A stretch of DNA of 64,000 nucleotides from Rebecca billardiae RCC1528. Lineage: Eukaryota; Protista; Haptophyta. The stretch is taken from NCBI GenBank assembly GCA_965240325.2, contig OZ251246.1:620001-684000 (forward strand). The letters run 5' to 3'. Position numbers and translations under genes: made by a program. The notes beneath the pieces are model-generated. The model made no database searches. It was not told where the DNA came from and saw only the letters and a list, made by a program, of their open reading frames with translations. Shown here piece by piece: positions 24,101 to 35,717 of this stretch. The first letter of the stretch is position 1. Each line of letters opens with the position of its first letter.

Positions 24101-26620
24101 CGAGCAGCAGCACCGAGATGTAGTGCCACAGCCAGCTCGACATGTCGTCGTCGCCGAGCGACGCGAGCCACGCCTTGTGCACGCGCCACGCGTGGCGCAG
24201 GTTGATGAGGCGCATGAGGCGCAGGCCATACACGACCTCGTACGGCTCGTTGAAGAGCAGCGCGATCCCGTCCTGCGGCAGCGCCGCGATCAGGTCGGGC
24301 ATGCAGTCCGTCATCAGGTAGCGCGCGCGGATCATCTTGGGGTCGACGACGGTGACAGAGTTCTCGTTCACAAACGACGTGCAGAACTTCATCACGATGC
24401 GCAGCCAGTACAGCGCGTCGATCGCGCCGTTGAGCACGGGCATCCAGTGCAGCCGGCTCGTCTCCGAGAGGAAGCACAGCATGATGGGCACGAACATCGC
24501 GTCGTACGTCACGCACGCGATGAAGACGCGGTGGAAGTTGACGTAGAACTTGGACGTGTGGTCGAGCACGTACCACGGCTTGATCTCGACGCGGCCCTCG
24601 CCGCCGTTGGTCATCTCGCGCAGCCGCTGCTTGCGCTGCACGAGGTGGTTGCGCACGCGCTCGTACGGCGTGAGCTTCATGCCCTGCTCGGCCACGCCGA
24701 TGCTCGCGATGCGCAGCTTGTTGCCCTGCTCGCGCAGCTCCTCCGCGACGCGCATCCACGACACGTAGCCCTCCGACTCGGCCGTCATCGCCTGGCCAGC
24801 CCACTGGTCGACGCCCGTCTCGGCAGCCTGGGCGGCGGTGGCGGCGGCGTGCCCCGGCGGCGCGAGCTTGATCTCGAGGTTCTGCTCGCACCACTGCCGC
24901 AGGTGCTCCGCCGATTCCGGCCCCATCTTGCGCAGCGTGACCGTGTGCGACGCGAACGTCAGCAGCACCTCGGGGTCGGCGAGGTCCTGCGCCTGGAGGC
25001 GCGCCGTGTCGATGCGCTGGTCGATGAGGTCGGCGAGCGCGATGTACGCCGCCCACGACCTGAGCGCGGTGTCCAGGTCCTCGATCGACGCCGGCGCGTC
25101 CACCTCCTCCGACTTCTTGCCCGCAAGCTTGAGGACACCGGCGCCGGCGCCGTGCGAGTCGCGGCCCTTGGTCACGCCCAGCTTGAGCTTGAGCGGCGAC
25201 TCGACGGCCTGGGCGCCGCCGAGGTCGTCGCCGCCCTCCTGCTCCGACGCGCGCTCGCTGTCCTCCTCGCCCTCCTCCGCCGGCGCCTTCTCGTTCGCCT
25301 CCGTCTCGGCGCTCGCGAGGATCCAGCGCGAGACGCCGATCGCAAAGTGCGTGCGCGAGAACGACTTGGGCTGCTTCTTCGCCTTCTCGGGGTTCATGAG
25401 GGCGTCGGCGTCGTCGGGCACCTCCTCGGGCAGCATCGCCTTGTACACCTTCGAGCGCAGCGCCTCGACCTCGCCCGTCGCGTCGCGCAGCGCCCCGAGC
25501 AGCGCCTTGATCTCCGAGCCGCCCATCTCGCCCAGCTCGTACTGCACGATGCGCACGTCGCTCAGCTTGATCGCGTCGCGCCGGTTGCGGTCGAAGACGC
25601 GGAACATGCGGCTGATGACGTACGCGGCCTCGGCGGCGGAGCCCGGGGCATTCATGGCCTCGCCCAGCGCGTTGAGCAGCGCGTCGCCGCTCTGCTGGTT
25701 CTCCTCGCCCTCCGCGGCGCCGGCCGTCATCCCCGGCTGAATCTTCTGCCCACTGCGACGCCAGCGGCTGTTGCGCCCGCCTCCGACCGGCGAGTCGGGC
25801 GGCGTGTGCGGCGGCGTGCTGCCCGTGCCGCTCGTGCGCGCCTTGGAGTGGCGGCCGCGCGGCTGCGGCGAGTCGTCCGCCTCCTCCTCGCCGCCGGCGG
25901 CGGCGGCGGCGGCCTCGGCCGGCGTCATCGACACGCGCACCGTGCGCGCGTGCCGCGCCGCGAGCGTCTCCACAAACTTGCGCGAGCTGAAGATCGCGAC
26001 GTGGCCGACCTCAGAGAGGTAGAGCTTGCGCACCGGCCCGGCGAGCGAGGCGCGCCGCGCCGCCTCCATCGCCGACGCGCGCCGCGCCGACGACGACTTG
26101 GGGTTGCGCGTGCCGTCGATGACCACCGGCTTGCCGAGGCCCTCAGACACGACCTTGGATGGCGAGGTCAGCTGCTCGGCGTCGGCGTCGGCGTCGGCCG
26201 CGCTCGCGGGCGCGTCGGCGACGGCGGCCTCGACGGCGCTGGGCGGCGCGACGGCGCCGATCCCCGGGAACGCCGGCGGCGCGTCCGCCTCCGCCTCCAT
26301 CGTCGCCAGCATCGCCTGCTCCGCCTCGAACTCGTCCGGCTGCGGGGGCGCGACGTCGCCCAGCATCACCCGCATCTCCTGATAGATCTCGTCCGCCGCG
26401 CGGACCGACTCGGACTCGGAGAGGCCGTACGAGGCGAGCAGCTTCTTGACGGCCTCGTGCTCGGCGCGCCGGCGCGCGAGCTCGTCGCTCGTCGTCGCGC
26501 CCGCCAGCCCGACGTGCTCCTCGTACTCCGCCTTGATGCGCTGCAGCCCGGCCTCCGCCTTGGGCAGCCGCAGCACGAGCCGCACAAACTCCTTGGCCTG
26601 CGTCGTCTCCTCCGTCTCGC

Positions 26621-26651
<31 letters not shown>

Positions 26652-29600
26652 CTTGGCGTCGGCGTTGGCTGCGGCGGCTGCGGCGGCGGCCACCTTCGCC
26701 TCCGCCTTCGCCGCGGCGATGCTCGCGCTCTGGGCGCCCACGCCGCCCTCCTCCTCCTCCTCCTCCTCCTCGTCGTCCAGCTCGGCCTCCTCCTCGTCGT
26801 CCTCGAGGCCGTACGCGGTGATCCAGTGGTCGGTGTGCCGCAGGATGGCCTTGTACAGCGCGGCGTGCAGCTTCTGCAGCTTGTGCAGCTGCTCGTTCAG
26901 GTCGTTGAACGAGAGGCCGACCTCGCGCCGCTTGGCGTTCTTGGTCACCGTCAGCTGCCGCCGCTCCTCCTGCAGCGCGTGCAGCTTGTGGATCATCTCG
27001 TACATGGGCAGCACGAGGCACTGCTGGTAGAGGTCCTGCAGCACCTGGTCGTGCGCGCAGCTCTTGGGCAGCGTCGCGTCGTTGTGCTTGACCAGGATCG
27101 CCGCGGCCTCCAGGTTGGTCTTGAGCGCGTCGACGAGCGGCGTGTTGCCCCAGCGGTCGATCGCGTTCACGTTGGCCGCCTTGCCGACGAGGTAGTGCGT
27201 CGCGGCGAGCGAGCCCGAGGCGACGACGAGGTGGAGCGGCGTGCGCCCGTCGTAGTCGAGCGCCTCGAGCGACGCGCCCACCTCGACGAGGAACTGCAGG
27301 TTCTCCGCGTCGCCCTCGTTCGCCGCCTTGCGCATCTTCTTCGCCATCCGCTCCGGGTCGGGGATCGCCATGTTGACCGCGAGCAGCTGCGTCACGATGC
27401 GCTGCTCGTTGGCGATCGCGTCGTCGATGGCGGTCATGCCCCAGCGGTCGACCGCGTTCACATCGGCGAGCTTGGTGAGCAGGTAGTCGACGACGCGCAC
27501 GTTGCCGATCGCCGACGCGAGGTGGAGCGCCGTCACGCCGTCGTGGTTCGCCACGTTGATCGCGACGCCCTGCGAGACGAGCAGCGTCATGTAGTTGAGG
27601 TCGCCCGAGATCGCGGCCTCGTGCATGCGCGCCGCCGCCTCCGCGAGCTCCAGGATGCCGCCAAAGCGCTGCAGCTCCTCGGCGACGGCGGTGTGCCGGC
27701 CGGTGACCGCGTCGGCGATGGGCGTGGCCTCCCAGCGGTCGCGCGCGTCGATCTGCGCGCCGAGCGAGCACAGCGTCGCCACGACCGCCGTGTGGCCCGA
27801 CGACGCGGCGAGGTGGAGCGTGGTGCGGCCGTCAAAGTCGCCCGTGTTGATGTCGAAGCCGCGCGCGACGAGCGAGCGCACGGTCTCGACGTCGCCGGTG
27901 ACCGCGGCCGTGAACATCTGCTGCAACGCGTTCACCTTGCGCTCGAGGATCGCGAGCCGGATCACCGCCTTGATCTCGGCCAGCTCCTTCGCCTCGTCCT
28001 CGTCGAGCTCGCCCGTCGACTCCATGTTGAGCTCCTCGCCGCTCTTGCTCAGGCCGAACTTGCGCAGCACGTTGCGCACGATCAGGTCGGACTGCTCGGG
28101 GTACGTCTTGATGATCTCCTCGTACGAGTCGTGCGAGAAGACGAGCAGCTTCACGTCCGAATCGGGCGTCGCGCGCACCGTGTACGGCTGCGGTACGCCG
28201 AGGAAGAAGGCGGTCTCGCCGACGAGCTGCCCCTCGCCCAGGTCGGAGCGGATCGTCGTGATGTGCACGTCGCCCTTCATCACGTTGAGCGCGCCGAGCA
28301 CGCACCAGAGCAGCTCGTGCGAGCCGTCGCCGCGGAGGAGCACCTGCTCGCGCGGCATCACGAACCGCTCGGTGACCTCGAGCGCGATGGCGCCGAGGAG
28401 CTGCTCCGTCGTGCCGAAGAAGCACCACGACGCCTTGCAGTGGCCCATGTACTGCTCCGACGCGTAGCGGAAGCGGAGCGCGTGCGGCATCATGCCGATG
28501 ACGCGGAGCGCGCCCGTCGCGGCCTTCTTCTGGCGGTACTCGAAGTAGTCGCGCATCAGCTCGGCGAGCTCCTCGGGCAGCTTCTTCGTCTCGATGAACG
28601 TGTCGAGCGTCTTGATCAGCGCCTTGAAGTGCACGACGTTCTCGTCGGTGCGCACGAGGTAGTGAAAGAGCGTACCGAGCACGAAGGCGTAGAAAATGAT
28701 CTGGATGACGGCGATCAGGCAGGCCATGACGACCTCGTACTCGTTCGCGATCATCACGCCCGCGTAGCCCATCGCGGTGACGCCGCCCCACGCCATGAAC
28801 GACGACATCAGGTAGCGCTCGATGCCCTCGGTCAGGCCGGGCGTGAACTCCTCGGTGCGCGCCATCGCGTGCAGCTGCGCCGGCCACGAGGGCAGCTCGA
28901 GCGGGCCGTGGTCGTGCTGCTCCTGCTCGGCGATGAACCACCAGACGCAGCCGACCCAGTGCGGCACGGAGACGAGCACGAGCGAGAACTTGAACACGCT
29001 CAGGAACGTCACGTTGGTCGAGAGGTCCTGGTTGATGTCCTCCATCGCGATCGTGAGGTCGTACACGCGCAGCAGGCGCACGAGCTGGATGAGGAGGAAC
29101 GGGTCCACGCCGCCGCGCAGGAAGAAGAAGGCGCGTGCGGCGTACAGGCCGACGATCGAGAGCGCGTCGACGAGCACCCAGCGCGCCGTGTACCGCCAGT
29201 GCACGATCACGGCGTGGTTGTTGTTGTGGGCGGCGCGGCCGTCCTTGGTCTTGTAGTTCTCGCGCACCTCCGACCAGATCCAGACCATCTCGAAGATCTG
29301 CCACGCGGCGCGCGAAGCCGAGCCGACATGACGCGCAAGGCATGCACGCACGCGCGCGCGCACGCGGGGCCGTGAGCGGCTCGGCCGGCGGCGTGGGCGC
29401 GCGCGCGCGCGCGGCGCTCGCGTCGCTGCACTCGCGCTGCGCGCACGTCTGTGATCAGGTCGATGGCGATGAAGAAGGGGTCGGCGATGACCCACAGCGG
29501 GTAGGCGACGCGCACGGGGAGTGCCAGCTCCTCGTACATCAGCATCAGCAGATGGATCAGCTTGTAGAGCGACGACCACTTGTCGTACAACTCGCGCTCG

Positions 29601-29770
29601 ATCTCGCGGTTGAACTCGTCGGCTTCCTTGTCGTTCTGTGCGGTGAGCACCTGGCGCCAGCGGATGTGCTTATCCGCGCCGCGAGGCCGCTCGTGCGCGT
29701 GGAGGATGCCCTTCAGCGATGCCGGGCCATGGCGCGCTCCGAAGAGCACGGCTTTCAATGCTTCGAGCAT
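21115..29770 (-). CDS. Tandem two-module Shaker/CNBD/ankyrin cation channel (~2701 aa); exons 29770-29447, 29297-23828, 23708-23052, 22887-21431, 21312-21115
   Basis: Four GT-AG introns join in frame (8106 nt). Module 1: S4 LVRLLRV, pore TAMGYAG, CNBD GETAF..PQPYTVR, ankyrins (DFDGRTTLHLAA). Module 2: S4 LRLMRLINLR, pore TTLGLTQVP, CNBD LGEVPF, ankyrins (NGRRPLHLAA). Confidence 0.9.
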
Positions 29771-30062
29771 GGTGCGCGCGTGCAGCGCGTCTGCGTTCAC
29801 GCGTCCGTCGGTGGGCGGACAAAATTTGCTCGTCGCGGCTCGGGTCGCTTCGGTTGCTCAGATCGACGCCCGGAGCCGGGCTGTAGGCGAAAACGGATTG
29901 GATGACGAGTGAACAGCTACAAAAGCAGCTAGGAGGGTGAAAGTGGGTGAGTCATGCGGATGTGTTTTGACGTTTTCGAAGCTCGTGCCTATGAAGATCC
30001 AAGCTTCGCATGAGCTCATTTGGAACCAGGGAACGGCTCGTGGGTATGCGTCCACGCCGTCC

Positions 30063-31116
30063 GAGGCCACTCGAGCGACTTCGTGTCTGGCGAGGCAGAT
30101 CGCGCCAGTGCGTGGCGAGGCAGACGCTCGCCTGCCTCGCCGCTTGGCGAGGCAGCTAAGCTAGTAACGCCGCGGCCGAACTTTACGAAAGCCAAATGTC
30201 TGCCGGTGCGCCGCCCGTCTTTTGCGCACGGTGACAAGGGCGCGCGAGGGCGCTTCCTCACGATCCCGAAGAGCGCTGCGCGCGGCGTCGCGTTGGCGGC
30301 GGCAGCGGCGCTGGGGTGTATCTTGCCCATTCTGCGTGGCGGCGCGCTCTCATGACGCCTCGGCCGCCGCCACGCCATGCGCGACCGGGCGTGTCGCCTT
30401 CTTGACGGGCAGTGCACACGCCCTTGCAAGCGCACAGCCGTGAAGAGCCGAGAGCGTCCGTCGCGAGCACGCCGCCCACGCGGGATGCGTTGCCAGGGCT
30501 ATTCGTATGACACTGGGTGCTCGCGCTCTGGCATGTGCGAGCCAGGATGACCATGGGTAGCAGCTACGATGAGCACTGCTAACCTGCATTTCAGCCGATG
30601 ACATCCTCTCGTTCAGCGATCTTGACTGCTCTGAACGCATGGCGAACTCGGCGAAGCGCATGCGCAAGGTGGCTTCGGTGACAGCATAACGCATCCCGCG
30701 TGGGCGGCGTGCTCGCGACGGACGCTCTCGGCTCTTCACGGCTGTGCGCTTGCAAGGGCGTGTGCACTGCCCGTCAAGAAGGCGACACGCCCGGTCGCGC
30801 ATGGCGTGGCGGCGGCCGAGGCGTCATGAGAGCGCGCCGCCACGCAGAATGGGCAAGATACACCCCAGCGCCGCTGCCGCCGCCAACGCGACGCCGCGCG
30901 CAGCGCTCTTCGGGATCGTGAGGAAGCGCCCTCGCGCGCCCTTGTCACCGTGCGCAAAAGACGGGCGGCGCACCGGCAGACATTTGGCTTTCGTAAAGTT
31001 CGGCCGCGGCTTTACTAGCTTAGCTGCCTCGCCAAGCGGCGAGGCAGGCGAGCGTCTGCCTCGCCACGCACTGGCGCGATCTGCCTCGCCAGACACGAAG
31101 TCGCTCGAGCGGCCTC
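30063..31116. repeat. Long near-perfect inverted repeat (429-bp arms, 196-bp spacer); possible foldback element
   Basis: 30063-30491 is the reverse complement of 30688-31116 with ~2 mismatches seen; CGTCC directly flanks both ends. Confidence 0.95.
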
Positions 31117-33591
31117 CGTCCCGGGTAGGGGAAGCCACATAATTCGCAGACCCAAAAGCAATTGTGCATAGATAAGTAGCACGCGGAGGCATAGATGAGT
31201 ACTTGATTACAGCGATTCTCCTCATGTATGACCGAGCTGCGAGCGCGTGGGGTACGAAAAAAGCCCTAATGAGGCGCAATCGCATGACTAGGTTCCGAAT
31301 CCGGCAGGTTTTGGCGGTCCACGAATCTTCGGCGGTAATATCAATAATCATTCTGCCCAGATTACATCTGGGCGAACATCGAGAACCGTCCTGAGCCACT
31401 TTGCCCTTTCGGCGGGTAAACGCACGTTTTTATTGCTCCAGAGTCCAGGCGGAAGGTGACAAATGTTTTAAAATGTACACCCTCGGATGAAACGTCTTAT
31501 CAAGAGTTCAAGACGACTTGCATGGCTTGACTACCGCCAAGTGCTTTTTGCGAAAGTCCGCACGGGGCGTGCGTTCGCTCCATGATGCGTCGAATGGATT
31601 CCGAACGTCCTAAAATTTCTCCGAAATTCTCACAGTCATCACGTACTCACATACACCTCTATTTTTAGCAGACAAGTCGTCAAGACCATGATCGCATAAT
31701 CAGGGCTCAATGTTCCATATATAGTAATCGAGTAGTATATACATTCAATATATATAGGTGAGAGCTTCGGTCATTTGCTTTCCAACGCGCATATGCGAAT
31801 ATGCACCTACCTACCCTTACATAAATAGCGGGTTTTCATGACATGGGAATATTTGATGGTGATCTTACACATGTTCCATATTCCGTCCGACCCCATCGCA
31901 CACCCCGGTAGGTAGCTCTTGATCACCATTAACGAACCGACAAAACACGCAAGGAAGCATACACAACGCTTGACGATCACGCAGGGGGCGGGGTAGTTAA
32001 AAGAATCGATTGTGATGCCGGAGTAGCAGGCAATACCACTAGCAATTAACGGAATGAATGAAGTTCAGAAGACAGTAGCTGCGCAGACCAATATATTTCG
32101 TGCCGAATGTGGGTACAGCAAAGCAAGAACTTGCCTATCGTAATCGTGGCACCGCCGCTGCGCCGCACGCTGGGCGTGGCAAGCACGCGGGCTTTGCAAT
32201 GCCCGCGAGTGGTGACGTTCGCAAGTAGCACTGATGGGTCCTTTGTCGGGCGTGGCGAGCGACACTGAGCAGCGGCGGTACGCACGGTCCCTTGCCACAC
32301 CCCGGTTCACCCCACCGAACCCAGTGCGACCAGATGAGTATGACACCCGGACTCTGGAGCGCACGGCGCACCTCTCCAGAGGTGGGCGGATGGGGCCTCG
32401 TGGCGTGTAATGGGCATGCCGCTGTCGTGTGAAAGTGCTCTAAACATCCGAACGCTTGCTCCCCGCGCAAGGCCCCGCGCCGCTATCTAGTGCAACCCAC
32501 TTGATGTGCCGACGTGCCGAGTTGTGCCGACGGTGCCGTGCCAGGCGGCCGACGGCAGTGCCACGCCTGCGACCTGCCGTGCTGCTGGGCTTTTGTCCGT
32601 CGAGATCACCGTCGCGCTTTGCTCACCGAAGCGGCCTGCGCGTGCAATTGCGTCATTAAGCCAGCACCTCTTGCGCGAGGAACACTGGCGTTTGGACGGC
32701 GCCCTCGGCCTCGGCACCGTGAGCCACTGACTGCATCCGGCTGGCAGGGCGGCGCCGGCGCCCCGGCCCCCGCGGGCTTGTTGCCTTGCTGTCCCGATGA
32801 CCGGCCCGGCGGCCCGTCCGCTAGCCCGGCTGCGGCGGTGCGGCGCCTCACGGTCCGAGATGTAATGTCAGCCACGACTCACATACTACTCATAGTCCCG
32901 ATGTGTCACTCGGCCAGTTAGCTGCTGACACTACCGACTCATAACTGTCTCATACAGTACGGCCGCGACGGCTTCAGAGTTGAACACGCCCATGGGCGGT
33001 GACAGAAGGTGCCAATCCGCCCGCATTGACGTGGCTGACTGAGGACTTCCTGATGATGTCAGTCCTGCGCTGTGTGTGTGCTTTCTGAGTCAGAGTCATC
33101 TGCTTTGGTCATCACAGCTCGAGCACTGTCAAGGCGGACATCCACACGTGCACCGAGCTCACCGACGACAACGTCTTGCGCGCCACGGAGGCGTTTGCCC
33201 GCGCGCACGGCGGACCGCGCGGTGATGATGCACGTCTGCAGTCTGCGGCGCCTGCCGCCTGCGCGCGGGCATGGCCGGTGCGCAGCGCGCCGCCCGTGAT
33301 TGACCCAACTCGCAGCTTTTGCGGAGCTGGCAAGGACGACTGCAGCTGTTTTCCGTCCGACCTGTCGTCGGGCGCTGGGGTCAGCCAGCGCTCCCCGACT
33401 CCCCGTTGGTCATGGGGAGGCCGCCAGCCGCTCCGCACGCGTTCGTGATCGGAGTTCTTGATCAGAGGCCACCGTCACTGATCGGATCGCCGATCGCCGA
33501 GGATCCGTCCCGAGATCCAGGCTCGCGAGCGGCGGCGGCATTCGATCCGAGCTGCACGCCACGGGGAACTCCCGGCGTGAACCTCGGCGCC

Positions 33592-35088
33592 ATGTTCGCC
33601 TCGCGCGTTGTCGCCGCCTCGTTGCTGCTGCTCGCGGCCCCGTGCCTCGGCCGCGGCAACGACGTGCCGACGTCGGGCGAGGTCGAGTCGGCCGCATGGA
33701 CCTACATCCTCTCCGCCGCCGCGCACATGCCCGAGTCGAGCCCCGAGTCGTTCTGCAAGACGGCGCTGATCAGCATCATCAAGTACTTCCCGGACGAGAA
33801 AGTTCGCGACCGGCTGATGAGCGTCGCGCAGTCGCCGGTGGTGGGTCAGAAGCTGCAGTGGCTCCCAACCATGGACGACTGCAACATCCTCCTCTGGTAC
33901 GTCCGCACCGCGGACCTCGTCGCCAAGGACGACGCGCCGCGCTACCTGCGAGACATGGGCCTGAGCTCGAGGCTCTTCGCGACCGCGCCGGATGAGGCGA
34001 CGGTGCAAGAGGTGCTCGCGTTCTGGACGAGCGCGACGCGCGCGAAGATCCTCTCCCACCTTGACGCCGCGTGGGTCGGGCACCACGTCGACCACGCCCA
34101 GCTCACCGCCGAGCGGCCGACGGTCGACCTCGCCGTCTACTCTGCGTGCCCGTATGGCATCGTCGCCGAGGAGGCGATGCTGGAGACGGTGCTGCCGCTC
34201 TTCGGCGACAAGGTGGAGTTCACGGTGCGGTACATCGGGATGTCGCGCTTCGACGGGCCCAACGGCACGGCGATCGACGAGCGGTACTGCGCCGCCGCGA
34301 AGAAGGTCTTCAAGGTCGAGCTGGGGCCGACCGAGCTGAACGTTTGCTCGATGCACGGCACGGGCGAGGCGAACGAGGACCTGAGGCAGATGGCGGTGCG
34401 CGAGCTGTACGGCGCGGAGACGCTGCACAAGTACATCCTCGCGTTCAACAAGCTCGACTGCGACGTGGAGAAGTACGACTCGTGCGCCGACAAGGCCGCG
34501 AAGCAGCTCGACCTCGACCCGAAGGCAATCGTGGCGAAGGCGGGCGAGCGGCTTCAGCAGTACGCGGCCGAGATGGCTGAGTACGAGGACACGGTGGGGC
34601 GGAAGGCGGTGGGGCCGGAGAGGCCGGGGCTGAGCTCGCCCACGCTGATCGTGAACGGCCTCCTCGGCGCCGTCGGCGCGCTCGAGCCCGCGGACTACGC
34701 GCGGCGCATCTGCTACTTCTTCGACGAGGCCTCGCGGCCCGCGGCGTGCGCGCCCGAGCTGCTCGGCGATCTGGAGGCGCAGGCGGCCAAGGCCGCGGAG
34801 GAGGCGGCGAGCGGTAAGGACGACGACAAGCGGGGAGGGCGGCGCGTGCCGAAGGGCGGCGCGTGCCTTCGGTCCGAGGTGCTGCCGAGCACCGTGCCGC
34901 GGCCCGACATGCCGCCCGGCTGGCGCCACGCCGGCGCGGCGCGCGAGGCCCAGCCCGGCACGGGCGCGCGCATGCTGCTCGCAGCTGTCGGCGCGGCCGG
35001 GCTGCCTATTGCCCTCGTCGCGGCCGTGCTCGGCCTGCGCGCGCGCACAAACAGCGGCGCCTCCGCGCGATCGCACCCGCTCGTGTGA
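33592..35088 (+). CDS. Secreted/membrane-anchored thioredoxin-fold (GILT/DsbA-like) protein
   Basis: Signal peptide MFASRVVAASLLLLAAPCLG; VDLAVYSACPYG, CSMHGTGEANEDLRQ and SSPTLIVNG motifs; C-terminal TM helix. Confidence 0.75.
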   Translation: MFASRVVAASLLLLAAPCLGRGNDVPTSGEVESAAWTYILSAAAHMPESSPESFCKTALISIIKYFPDEKVRDRLMSVAQSPVVGQKLQWLPTMDDCNILLWYVRTADLVAKDDAPRYLRDMGLSSRLFATAPDEATVQEVLAFWTSATRAKILSHLDAAWVGHHVDHAQLTAERPTVDLAVYSACPYGIVAEEAMLETVLPLFGDKVEFTVRYIGMSRFDGPNGTAIDERYCAAAKKVFKVELGPTELNVCSMHGTGEANEDLRQMAVRELYGAETLHKYILAFNKLDCDVEKYDSCADKAAKQLDLDPKAIVAKAGERLQQYAAEMAEYEDTVGRKAVGPERPGLSSPTLIVNGLLGAVGALEPADYARRICYFFDEASRPAACAPELLGDLEAQAAKAAEEAASGKDDDKRGGRRVPKGGACLRSEVLPSTVPRPDMPPGWRHAGAAREAQPGTGARMLLAAVGAAGLPIALVAAVLGLRARTNSGASARSHPLV

Positions 35089-35624
35089 TCGCGCGCCGCG
35101 GGCCCAGCAGTGATGGCGATGGCCGCCGCACCTCGGCGCGCGCTGGACAGCTGCGACGCTTCCGCCTGCCCCCGCCCTCCGGCGAAGCGGCTGACCGGCC
35201 AGTCCAGACCTGATCGATTGTGGACACAGGACAGCTCGCACTCGCGTCTCGGCTCTCGCCGAGATGAGCTGCCACCGGCTCGGGCCTTCGAGCGCGCGCT
35301 CTTCGGAAGCTCTTCTGCCTGCGCCCGCATGGCGCCCGCATGACGAGTCAATGATGACGCCCGTCAGCAGACCGCCAGCACGGCCAGGCACCGCCAGAGG
35401 GGCCCGCCGGGCCCCGGTGATTGCCCGGACTCCGGGCCCGAAGGGCAGCGAGCTCGTCGTGATCGTGAGCCGCACGCCGTGATCGTGATCGGGCGCCGGC
35501 CGTGCCGCAATAACGCGGCGGTGATGACTGCGAGTAGTGTCGTCCGAATGCTGACGGACCCGGTGTCATCGGGACGGACATTACTATTTACTCGTCGGGA
35601 GTATAACGACAGCATATATATGAG

Positions 35625-35626
<2 letters not shown>

Positions 35627-35666
<40 letters not shown>

Positions 35667-35668
35667 CA

Positions 35669-35714
<46 letters not shown>
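35627..35714. repeat. (TA)n microsatellite (interrupted)
   Basis: Directly visible. Confidence 0.97.

Positions 35715-35717
<3 letters not shown>

Noticed and set aside
23751-29375. 1874-aa plus-strand ORF and many other overlapping long ORFs
   Set aside because: These are antisense or shifted-frame shadows of real genes in DNA with very high GC3; no motifs
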